Source: Fibrobacteria bacterium (GTDB taxonomy: Bacteria > Fibrobacterota > Fibrobacteria > UBA11236). From it: a stretch of DNA of 64,000 nucleotides. The notes under the pieces were generated by a model. It was not told the DNA's origin. It did no database searches and saw only the letters and a program-made list of their open reading frames with translations. The translations under genes and the position numbers were made by a program. The DNA lies in contig JBGTHM010000034.1 in the NCBI GenBank assembly GCA_041746255.1, positions 38,056 through 102,055 of the forward strand, written 5' to 3'. Of this stretch, positions 9,395 to 18,140 are shown in pieces (the stretch's first letter is position 1; every line of letters begins with the position of its first letter).

Positions 9395-11616
9395 TGCGCC
9401 GCCATATTCACGCTGTTGGAGAATTGCACGCCCATGTCCAGCCATTCGATTAGAAGCAATAAATCGGCGTTGGCGGGAAGAAAAGGATTGATCACGCCAT
9501 GGCCGTCTTTTTCCCAATGGGTGGAATGATCATGGGAGGTCTTGCGGTAATCCGAAGTTGCGCCATTCAATTGTTTATTGAAGAGCACCCACATCAAGGG
9601 GCTGCGGCGCGCGCCATTTTGGGTGGCGTAAGGAAGGGTCTTGTTATCGGCCAACTTATAGCCACTATCACGGGTGAGACGGTTGTACACGGTGGAGATG
9701 CCTTCCCTTTCATAAAGGGAGTCGGAGCGAACCTCCTGCAAAACCAGGCCTCCGCCGGCGGAAGCGGCGGTTCCGGAGCCATGGCAGCTGATACAGCGCG
9801 CGTCCAATACCGCTTGCAGGGTGTTGGGGCGCGTGGGTTGCTTGAAATCGAAGAAGTCGACGGTGTCAAGCCGAACGGAACCATGGGCCGTTACCGACTG
9901 GGCATTGTGGAAGCCGGAGATATAAGCCTTGATGTTGGCGAGCGACACTTCCGTGGCCATATCTATTCTCCAACCCACGCGATTATCGTCGAGGATGGCG
10001 ATTCTCTCGATATCGCGGTCTCGGTCGCGGGGGCCGTGGCATCCGGTGCATAAGCGTCTTTCGCCGGGCATGACTTGAATCCATTGCAATTGGTTGACCA
10101 ACATCAGGCCGGATTCGTTCAGGGTTTGCAAATGCAGGGCGGTTTTGGCGGGCACTTCGATGGAAAAGGACCCGTCTTCGCGCACGTCGGCATAGCCGAT
10201 AACCCTTTGCTTTTCGAAATTGGTGCGCCCCAGGTTGCCGCCGCGTTTGTTGCGGTCGACGGGCAGGGGAATGGCTTCCATGACGCGCACGTATTTTACT
10301 TCACCCTTGCTGCCGTCGGCGTTTATGAAATCGGGGTTGGGTTTCATGTGGCCGTCATTGTCCATGCGGCTATAGACGTTGGCGTCGAAGAACATGCCGG
10401 TGGTTTTATTTTGCGCTATCGCTTGCGCGACTTCATTACTGTTTTGCGTCAGGGCCGGTAGTCTGCGCGGCGCCACGGGAATGGGGCTATGATCGTTGGT
10501 GGAGGCGTCGTTATAAACCAAAGTGAGATTTTTTCCATCTTTGTCCATGACGTAGAGGCCGTAGTCGACACCACTGGACATATCCCGGCCTACGGCATGG
10601 GGCGACATGGCAACCAGAATCCGCTCCTTGCCGCCATCTTGGATGGGGTGTGGGGTTTTGAAAATCGCATTGGCGGTGTCGCGCGTATTGTTGAAGGGAA
10701 CGTCATTCGGGGTAATGAACACCGGGTCTTCCGTGAAGCGGGATAAATCGATAATGACGATGGCCCCGCCTTCAAACGGGGAGTTGCGCTCCATCAAGGA
10801 GCTGACTATGCCTCCATCTGCAAGTTCACGCGCTTCCAAAAAGGTACGGGATCCCGAGGCCCGGGGGCCATCGGCCCCGTAGGCTACGAATTGCCCCGTG
10901 CCGTCCTGATTGATGGAGAAGAGGGGGATTTTGTTGGGGTTGCCGAGATGGTCCCATCGGCTGAAAAGAATCTTTCCGCTGGAATGCAAAAAGGGATTAT
11001 TGTCGTGGCTTTGATTGGTGGAAATGCGCCGGGGTTCACCCATGGTTCCGTCGGGTTTACGGTCGGCCACATGCAATTGCGGTACTTGCCGTCTTTCGTA
11101 TTCGTCCACGATTTGCGCGCGAGTGGAGGAAAAGACAATACGATCGTCCGTGAGATAGGCGGGGTCGATATCGTCACCTACGGTGGGGTCGGTCAATTGC
11201 ACCAGGTTCCGCGTTTCCAGGTCCATTTCATAAATACTCCAGCGCCTGCTACCCGCTTTGCGCATGCTGAACAATAGCCGTTTACCGTCGAAGGAGATTT
11301 CCGGGTCGGCCGCCGCCCCCCAATCGCGGGTGTTACTCGAACCGCCTCGCGTATAGGCGGCGGTGAGGTTTTCGACCTTGCCGTTGGGAGAAATGGGAGT
11401 AAGCAGACAAATATCGGTTCCGGGATAAAACTCATCGACATTGCTGCGCATGGCATTACTGCGATTGTTGTCGATACTGGTTTCCTTGACGAAAACCAGG
11501 CTGGTGGCTTTATGCGAAGATTTGAGGATTTCATCGGCGGGTTGCAAGCAGGCTGAAAGCAAAGCCGAGGCTAACAATGTCAGAGCCCATGTCGGTAAAG
11601 AAAGCATGTTATGCAT
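9391..11616 (-). CDS. Hydrazine synthase alpha subunit (HzsA)-related di-heme c lipoprotein
   Basis: AGGAGG RBS; lipobox LLSAC; PD40/TolB-like repeats (DPEISFDGKRLLFS, DIDPAYLTDDRIVFSSTR); HZS-alpha middle-domain-like IGYADVREDGSFSIEVPA...LQTLNESG...VMPGERRLCTGCH; second motif CISCH. Confidence 0.8.
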   Translation of the reverse strand: MHNMLSLPTWALTLLASALLSACLQPADEILKSSHKATSLVFVKETSIDNNRSNAMRSNVDEFYPGTDICLLTPISPNGKVENLTAAYTRGGSSNTRDWGAAADPEISFDGKRLLFSMRKAGSRRWSIYEMDLETRNLVQLTDPTVGDDIDPAYLTDDRIVFSSTRAQIVDEYERRQVPQLHVADRKPDGTMGEPRRISTNQSHDNNPFLHSSGKILFSRWDHLGNPNKIPLFSINQDGTGQFVAYGADGPRASGSRTFLEARELADGGIVSSLMERNSPFEGGAIVIIDLSRFTEDPVFITPNDVPFNNTRDTANAIFKTPHPIQDGGKERILVAMSPHAVGRDMSSGVDYGLYVMDKDGKNLTLVYNDASTNDHSPIPVAPRRLPALTQNSNEVAQAIAQNKTTGMFFDANVYSRMDNDGHMKPNPDFINADGSKGEVKYVRVMEAIPLPVDRNKRGGNLGRTNFEKQRVIGYADVREDGSFSIEVPAKTALHLQTLNESGLMLVNQLQWIQVMPGERRLCTGCHGPRDRDRDIERIAILDDNRVGWRIDMATEVSLANIKAYISGFHNAQSVTAHGSVRLDTVDFFDFKQPTRPNTLQAVLDARCISCHGSGTAASAGGGLVLQEVRSDSLYEREGISTVYNRLTRDSGYKLADNKTLPYATQNGARRSPLMWVLFNKQLNGATSDYRKTSHDHSTHWEKDGHGVINPFLPANADLLLLIEWLDMGVQFSNSVNMAAQ

Positions 11617-11632
11617 GGCGGCCTCCTAGTGA

Positions 11633-12274
11633 TTAACGATACATATGCACGCCTATCCGCACGACCAAATTATGCGTCAAGGCAGGGCGGGAGCCGATTT
11701 TCTGGGAATAAATATGATCCTGTAGCGAATAGACCAGAGCCAGTCCGCGATTTTTCGTGAAAAAGGGTAGTGGCATGCGGTTACCGAATCCCGCGACCAG
11801 TCCGACATTGGGAACCGTTCCTTGATAAATACCCACGACGCCCCCGGTAAAATGGGGGATGAGAGATACCGCCCTTCCCTTGGCTTTATACCAGGGACTT
11901 TCGGGAGCGTAACCCACCAGAGCTTCGACGGAAATAAGAAGATTATTTTCGAAAACGGCGGCGCGAAACAGGCTTCGCGAATAGGAGGACTGTACCGTTC
12001 CCGCACCGGCTCCCAACTGGAAGAAATAGTTTGCCTCGGCAATGTAGCGGTCATAGTAAACGGATCCGAAGGGATTGCTTCCGAGTACTTCGGCGGCATA
12101 CAGCCCCACCTGGGCGCCATAAGCGCTGGTGGGAATGCCCGAAGGCTGGGGGGCCGCGTGGCTTTGTGTGAACAAGCCCACAAAAGCGAGGCCCAGAGCC
12201 CAGACGAAGTGCCGGGGGCGAATTGTTTTTTTACAGGACAAAGGATACTCCGAGGTTGGTTTCTTGGAAGACAT
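11633..12274 (-). CDS. Putative small outer membrane beta-barrel protein
   Basis: Hydrophobic signal segment ending QSHA, amphipathic beta strands, C-terminal HNLVVRIGVHMYR; start uncertain (12274 or 12241). Confidence 0.6.
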   Translation of the reverse strand: MSSKKPTSEYPLSCKKTIRPRHFVWALGLAFVGLFTQSHAAPQPSGIPTSAYGAQVGLYAAEVLGSNPFGSVYYDRYIAEANYFFQLGAGAGTVQSSYSRSLFRAAVFENNLLISVEALVGYAPESPWYKAKGRAVSLIPHFTGGVVGIYQGTVPNVGLVAGFGNRMPLPFFTKNRGLALVYSLQDHIYSQKIGSRPALTHNLVVRIGVHMYR

Positions 12275-12743
12275 GCAGGATATGGCTTTGATCGAGCGGA
12301 TTACGATCACGCAGAAAGTATTGCCTGACCTCGAAGCGTACGGCCAGGGTAGGTGAGAGGGAATAACGTAATCCACCGCCATAATTAAGCCCGACGGTGG
12401 AGATGGACTCCGCGCTCACGGCATTGGAAGGAGCCGTGATAAACAAACCTCCGCCTAAAAGTCCGTAGGGAAGAAAAAGGCTGTTTTCCGCCAGATGGAT
12501 TAGGATATTAGCGGTAAGCGGATACAACGTGGCGGTTTGACCGGGAACCATTCCGGCCGCTCCTTCCAGGCTGACGGGGCGGTAACGCATGGAGGCGCGT
12601 AAACTCAAAACCGGACTGCCGCCCATCATTCCGATACTGGGGGAAAGCTCCAACGCTGCTTGAGGATTTTTATCGTCCCGGTCGTCCTCGGCCATTCCCA
12701 AGGTGAAAAGGCCTAATATGAGAATGAGAGGGAAAACGGCCAT
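12231..12743 (-). CDS. Putative 8-stranded outer membrane beta-barrel protein
   Basis: Signal peptide; LPYGLLGGG, GLNYGGGLRY, AVRFEVRQY, ETNLGVSF strands typical of OmpA-like barrels. Confidence 0.72.
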   Translation of the reverse strand: MAVFPLILILGLFTLGMAEDDRDDKNPQAALELSPSIGMMGGSPVLSLRASMRYRPVSLEGAAGMVPGQTATLYPLTANILIHLAENSLFLPYGLLGGGLFITAPSNAVSAESISTVGLNYGGGLRYSLSPTLAVRFEVRQYFLRDRNPLDQSHILHVFQETNLGVSFVL

Positions 12744-12872
12744 GGTATGGATATAATAACACCGGTGTCAACCCCTCGACAGGTAGAGTTTACCGCGAAA
12801 TTCGAGTTCGCTTGACTTGTCTTGACTTGGGCAGCTTTATTTATAAAAGATGAGGCGGAGATTTCAACTTGT

Positions 12873-14114
12873 ATGAACCGTCATAATCCCTCCCCTTATG
12901 CCGCGAATCTGGCTTGGCTCGATAGTCAGCAGCCGGTTTTGGAGGCGTTGACCTTAGCCTGGACCCGGATTCGTTCGTCTTCGTACGACACCCAAGGTTT
13001 GGCGCATTTGGCGGAAGCGGTACGAGACGAATTTTTGGTCCTGAATCCCGACTCCGTAGAGGAAATTTCGTTGTCACCCCATGAAGTCATCGATGCCTCG
13101 GGGTCGCGCGTGCCCAAGCCGCTGGGAAAAGCCTTGCGCTTCCGCAAAAGGAGCGAAGCTCCCGTGCAGGTGTTCCTCTGTATCCATATGGACGTGGTGT
13201 ATGGATCGAGCCTAGGGGAAGTGGTGATTGATCGCATCGGAAAAGACCGCATGCGCGGATCGGGATTGTGCGATGCCAAAGGCGGCATGGCGATTTTACT
13301 CAAGGCGGTGGAAGCTTTGGAGCGCAGCCCCTTCGCGTCGGGGGTGGGATGGGAAATTCTTTTGACCCCCGACGAGGAAATCGGATCGCCGGGATCGCTA
13401 CCTCTTTTACACGAGGCGGCTCGGATATACCATGCGGGTTTGCTTTACGAACCCAGTCTCCCCGACGGTTCACTGGTGGGAAAGCGGAAAGGTTCCGGTA
13501 ATTTTTCCGTGGTAGTGCGCGGAAGGAGCGCCCATGCCGGACGCAACATTCAGGATGGCCGGAACGCCATCATCGCATTGTGCGAGCTATTGCTGCGTCT
13601 GGAAAAGTGCAATGAGCCGGAGGCGGGCATATCCCTCAACGTGGGTCGCGTGGAAGGCGGAGGCCCCGTGAACCGCGTGCCCGATTTGGCTATCGGACGG
13701 TTCAACTTGCGCGTGGAAGAACCGGCGCAACAGGAGGAAGTTTTGGACCGCATCAAGGCCATGGTTTTGGAATCCGGGAAACGGGAGGGCATTACCGTGG
13801 AACTCGACGGGGCTTTTTCTTCACCGCCCAAACCTTTTCAGGACGGCACTCTCGAGCTGGCGCAACAAGTCGTCGCTTGTGGTCTCGATTTGGGATTGGA
13901 ACTTCGCTTCGAAAGCAGCGGAGGGGTTTGCGACGGAAATAAATTGGCCGCGGCGGGGCTCCCGAATATCGATACTCTGGGAGCACGCGGAGGCGCATTG
14001 CACAGTCCCGACGAATATATATTTCTGGATAGCTTGGCGGAACGGGCCAAGCTATCGGCTCTTTTATTGATGAAATGGGGAGCCGGAGAAATTCGCCCGC
14101 CCCAAAAAATGTAA
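12873..14114 (+). CDS. M20/M25/M40 family metallohydrolase (glutamate carboxypeptidase-like), ast-associated
   Basis: HMDVV, DAKGG, DEEIGS, GRSAHAGR, GGVCDGN, LHSPDEY metal-binding motifs. Confidence 0.9.
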   Translation: MNRHNPSPYAANLAWLDSQQPVLEALTLAWTRIRSSSYDTQGLAHLAEAVRDEFLVLNPDSVEEISLSPHEVIDASGSRVPKPLGKALRFRKRSEAPVQVFLCIHMDVVYGSSLGEVVIDRIGKDRMRGSGLCDAKGGMAILLKAVEALERSPFASGVGWEILLTPDEEIGSPGSLPLLHEAARIYHAGLLYEPSLPDGSLVGKRKGSGNFSVVVRGRSAHAGRNIQDGRNAIIALCELLLRLEKCNEPEAGISLNVGRVEGGGPVNRVPDLAIGRFNLRVEEPAQQEEVLDRIKAMVLESGKREGITVELDGAFSSPPKPFQDGTLELAQQVVACGLDLGLELRFESSGGVCDGNKLAAAGLPNIDTLGARGGALHSPDEYIFLDSLAERAKLSALLLMKWGAGEIRPPQKM

Positions 14115-14160
14115 GCGGTAGTAGACCCACTCGTTCGGGTTTAACGGAAGGAAGAAAGTA

Positions 14161-15582
14161 ATGGGTGAATTGCATGCCGCGGCCTTACGGAACGATCCCC
14201 GCGTTGCGGAAGGCAAGCGTCTCTTGCTCGCCGCTTTAGCGGAGCGACAGAGTTTGTTGCAAGGCATCAAGCCGCCTCAGGATGCGTTGAAACGGGATTA
14301 TGCGGAAGCCCTGAAAAGTTTTTCCGATTTACGTGGAGGCGCCACTTTTTATCCCTATCTTGCCAGCGGCTTCGGAAGCGGCCCCTTCGTGGAATTGGGC
14401 GACGGCAGCGTCAAATACGATTTCATCACGGGAATCGGCGTGCATTATTTCGGGCATGGCCATCCCGATTTGGTGGAGGCTTCGTTGGACGCAGCGTTGG
14501 ACAGCACGCTGATGCAGGGAAATTTGCAGCAAAGCGCGCGCAGTCACGAGCTGTTTCGTTTGCTGGTGGATGGGGCCAACCGGCATGGCGCCAAAATGCG
14601 TCATTGCTTTTTGACCAGCAGCGGGGCGATGGCCAATGAAAACGCCTTGAAATTGATCTTCCAAAAACGCCATCCCGCCGTCCGGATTCTTGCTTTCGAA
14701 GGCTGCTTCATGGGGCGCAGCCTGGCACTATCGCAAATCACCGACAAGGCCGCCTATAGGCAAGGTCTGCCCGCCAATTTACAGGTGGATTACCTGCCCT
14801 TTTTCGATGCGAAAGATCCAAAAGGCTCCACTTCGCGCGCCTTGGCGGTGCTGGAGAAGTATCTAAAACGCTACCCCCAAAACCATGCGGCCATGTGCTT
14901 CGAGCTCGTGCAGGGAGAGGGCGGCTATTATCCCGGCCACCGGGATTTTTTCGAGGCCTTGATGCGTCGGCTCAAGCAGGAAGGCATTTCCATCTTCGTC
15001 GATGAAATCCAGACCTTTGGCCGCATGCCAGAGCTTTTCGCCTTTCAACATTTCGGTCTTGACGAATATGTCGATGTCGTAACCCTGGGGAAAATGACAC
15101 AGGCTTGCGCCACTTTGGTGCGCGAAGAATACAAGCCGGGGCCGGGTCTGATAAGCCAAACTTTTACGGCCTCGACCGGGGCTATCGCCGCCGCCTGCGT
15201 CATCGTGAAAAGCCTGATCGAAGAAGGCTACCTCGGAGAGAAGGGAAAGATACAACGGCTTCACCACCGCATGACGGATAAGCTGAAGGATATAGCGAAG
15301 CGGCATCCGGGTTTGGTCGAAGGTCCTTATGGCTTGGGCGCCATGATAGCCTTCACGCCTCTGGGGGGCGACGCCGAAAAGGTCAAACGCTTTCTGATCT
15401 TGTTGTTCGAAAAAGGCGTCATCGCTTTTTCCGCGGGAGCCTCGCCCGCGCGCGCGCGCTTTTTGATGCCGATGGGGGCGGTGGAGGAAAAGCATATCGA
15501 CGAGGTGATGGCCTTAACCGAAGCGGCTTTGCTTGCAATCGCAGAGGAAGACAAGGGCGGTAAAGGCGTGTCGTCATCATGA
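14161..15582 (+). CDS. Class III PLP-dependent aminotransferase, probable succinylornithine transaminase
   Basis: SGAMANENA, FELVQGEGG, DEIQTFGR, TLGK PLP lysine, SQTF; inside the ast operon. Confidence 0.85.
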   Translation: MGELHAAALRNDPRVAEGKRLLLAALAERQSLLQGIKPPQDALKRDYAEALKSFSDLRGGATFYPYLASGFGSGPFVELGDGSVKYDFITGIGVHYFGHGHPDLVEASLDAALDSTLMQGNLQQSARSHELFRLLVDGANRHGAKMRHCFLTSSGAMANENALKLIFQKRHPAVRILAFEGCFMGRSLALSQITDKAAYRQGLPANLQVDYLPFFDAKDPKGSTSRALAVLEKYLKRYPQNHAAMCFELVQGEGGYYPGHRDFFEALMRRLKQEGISIFVDEIQTFGRMPELFAFQHFGLDEYVDVVTLGKMTQACATLVREEYKPGPGLISQTFTASTGAIAAACVIVKSLIEEGYLGEKGKIQRLHHRMTDKLKDIAKRHPGLVEGPYGLGAMIAFTPLGGDAEKVKRFLILLFEKGVIAFSAGASPARARFLMPMGAVEEKHIDEVMALTEAALLAIAEEDKGGKGVSSS

Positions 15583-16637
15583 TCATATTGCGGCCCATTC
15601 GTATCAAGGATCTGGACTCGTTGCTGGACCTGGCCTCCATGACGCGATTCGGATTGACCAGCCTTCCTCCCGACAAGGAGATTCTCAAGCGCCGGGTGCA
15701 AGAGTCGTTGCAAGGGTTTTCCAAGATGGTGGAGAAACCCGGCGGTGAAACCTATCTCTTCGTGCTGGAAGACTTGGATAAGAAAAAGGTGGTGGGCATT
15801 TCAGGGATCGTCTCGAAAGTGGGCGGATTCGAACCGTTTTATGCCTATGGCATCAAAACCGTGGTGCATGAATCCGAAACCTTGAAAATACGCAAGGAAA
15901 TACGCGTACTCAAATTGGTTCGGGAACATAACGGTCCTTGCGAAATCGGCAGTCTCTTTTTGCACCCTGATTATCGCGGGAAAAATTCCTGCGGCCGGTT
16001 GTTGTCGCTGGGCCGGTTTCTCTTCATGGCCGATAAACAGGAATTTTTCGATCCCGTCGTTATCGCCGAAATGCGCGGAGTCATCGACGATAACGGGCGC
16101 TCTCCCTTTTGGGAATGCGTGGGAAGGCATTTCTTCGATATGGATTTTCCCAAGGCCGATTATTTGAGCATGCGGGATAAGCGCTTTATCGCCGAGCTCA
16201 TGCCTGCCTATCCCATATACCTGACCTTGCTTCCTAAAAAGGCCCAGGATGTTATCGACAAAGTGCATGACCATACCCAGCCGGCCTTGAATCTCTTGCG
16301 CAGCGAAGGTTTCGAGTTCAGCGGGATGGTCGATATTTTCGAAGCGGGGCCCATCGTCACCTGCCCTCTGGAAAAAATCCGCACCGTGCGCGAAAGCGAA
16401 ATAATGCCGGTGAATAAAATCGTGACGCAACGAATCGATTCCGATCTCTTTCTTATCTCCAATACGAAGAGCGAATTCCGAGCCTGCACGGCCCCGCTGG
16501 CCATCGTTCCCGGTCTCGGCATTGAAGTGACGCGCGAGACCGCTTCAGCGCTCAAAATCAAAAAAGGCGACGCGGTGCGCATCGCTTCGTTGCGGCCGGG
16601 AGGGCTGGCGCCTTTGGCTAAAAGGAGTACGGCATGA
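15579..16637 (+). CDS. astA: Arginine N-succinyltransferase
   Basis: GLTSLP, YLFVLED, EIGSLFLHPDYR, AEMRG, SPFW, FIAELMP, VDIFEAGP. Confidence 0.95.
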   Translation: MIILRPIRIKDLDSLLDLASMTRFGLTSLPPDKEILKRRVQESLQGFSKMVEKPGGETYLFVLEDLDKKKVVGISGIVSKVGGFEPFYAYGIKTVVHESETLKIRKEIRVLKLVREHNGPCEIGSLFLHPDYRGKNSCGRLLSLGRFLFMADKQEFFDPVVIAEMRGVIDDNGRSPFWECVGRHFFDMDFPKADYLSMRDKRFIAELMPAYPIYLTLLPKKAQDVIDKVHDHTQPALNLLRSEGFEFSGMVDIFEAGPIVTCPLEKIRTVRESEIMPVNKIVTQRIDSDLFLISNTKSEFRACTAPLAIVPGLGIEVTRETASALKIKKGDAVRIASLRPGGLAPLAKRSTA

Positions 16638-18100
16638 CGAAATCCCATTTTCTGGACGGAGTCTGGCGCAACGGCGAAGGTAAAGAATTCTCCTCCAGCG
16701 ATCCGGCCACGGAGGAAATTGTTTGGACCGGGCGCGAAGGCCTTGCGAACGAAATCGATGCTGCGGTAGCGGCCGCTCATCGGGCTTACACTTCCTTTTC
16801 GGAATTGGAATTTAAAACCCGTGCGGACTATACGCGCGCCTATGCCGAGGCTCTGGCTTCCAGAAAGGACGAAATGGCGGATGCCATTTCCCGTGAAACC
16901 GGCAAGCCGCTTTGGGAGGCATTGGAAGAAGTCGCGACCATGCAGGCGAAAGTGCCGGTGTCTATCGAGGCCTACCAGGACCGCACCGGCATACAACGTA
17001 TCGAACTCGGAGAATTCACAGGCGAGAAACGCTACAAACCCCACGGTGTGGTGGCGGTACTCGGACCCTTCAACCTTCCCGGCCATCTGCCTCACAGCCA
17101 TATTGTCCCAGCCTTGCTCGCGGGAAATACCGTGGTATTCAAACCCAGCGAGCAAACGCCGCTGGTTGCGCAAAAAATCATGGAGGTTTGGGAAACCGTG
17201 GGGCTTCCCCCCGGGGTTTTCAATATGGTGCAGGGCGGGCGTAGCACGGGAGAGGCCTTGGCCGCGCATCCGCGCTTGAACGGGCTTTTTTTCACGGGTA
17301 GCCATGCGGGCGGTTTGGCTTTGAACCGTCTTTTTGCGGAGCATCCGGAAAAAATTCTGGCCCTGGAGATGGGAGGCAACAACGCGCTCATCGCATGGGA
17401 GGTTAAGGACATGGCGGCGGGTATTACCGCGCTGCTCCAATCGGCCTTCATCACCTCCGGGCAGCGCTGCGTTTGCGCCCGCAGACTTATCGTTCCCGAG
17501 GGAAAGGTGGGCGACAAATGGCTTGACCTGCTGGTCGCCGGCGCACGCCGCTTGCGCGTGGGCCTGCACACCGATCGCCCCGAGCCTTTCATGGGTCCGC
17601 TGATTTCCGCCGCCGCTGCCGATCGCCTGCTGGAGGCCCGCGACCGCTTGTTGCAAAAAGGCGCGCGCACCCTGCTGGCCATGGAAAGAAGTCCCCGCTG
17701 CCTGGCCTTGCTCTCCCCCGGTATCCTGGATGTCACCTCGGTTCCCGAGCTTCCGGATGGAGAATACTTCGGACCGCTCTTACAAGTTATACGGGCTCCG
17801 GATTTCGCAACCGCCCTCGACCTGGCCAATGCCACCCGCTTCGGGCTGGCGGCGGGTTTGCTGGACGATAGCCGCGAACGCTTCGAGCAATTCTTCCGGA
17901 AAATCCGCGCGGGGGTGGTCAATTGGAACCGCCCGATAACGGGAGCCAGCGGGAAGCTGCCTTTCGGGGGCATAGGGCAAAGCGGCAACCATCGCCCCAG
18001 CGCCTATGCCGCCGCCGATTATTGCGCCTATCCCGTGGCCTCGCTGCAAAGCGAAAGCGTAACGCGTCCGGCGAACCTTCCCCCCGGTCTCGAAGGTTGA
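16634..18100 (+). CDS. astD: Succinylglutamate-semialdehyde dehydrogenase
   Basis: ETGKPLWE, GPFNLPGHL, FKPSEQTP, LALEMGGNN, GQRCVCARR, SGNHRPSAYAAADYCAYPVAS. Confidence 0.96.
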   Translation: MTKSHFLDGVWRNGEGKEFSSSDPATEEIVWTGREGLANEIDAAVAAAHRAYTSFSELEFKTRADYTRAYAEALASRKDEMADAISRETGKPLWEALEEVATMQAKVPVSIEAYQDRTGIQRIELGEFTGEKRYKPHGVVAVLGPFNLPGHLPHSHIVPALLAGNTVVFKPSEQTPLVAQKIMEVWETVGLPPGVFNMVQGGRSTGEALAAHPRLNGLFFTGSHAGGLALNRLFAEHPEKILALEMGGNNALIAWEVKDMAAGITALLQSAFITSGQRCVCARRLIVPEGKVGDKWLDLLVAGARRLRVGLHTDRPEPFMGPLISAAAADRLLEARDRLLQKGARTLLAMERSPRCLALLSPGILDVTSVPELPDGEYFGPLLQVIRAPDFATALDLANATRFGLAAGLLDDSRERFEQFFRKIRAGVVNWNRPITGASGKLPFGGIGQSGNHRPSAYAAADYCAYPVASLQSESVTRPANLPPGLEG

Positions 18101-18140
18101 GGGAAGGGGTGGATTACGCCGGGTCCGGAGGGAAGCAACG

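Noticed and set aside
9391..11616. Anammox capability
   Set aside because: No hzsB/hzsC or hydrazine dehydrogenase in the window, and the context is not planctomycete-like.
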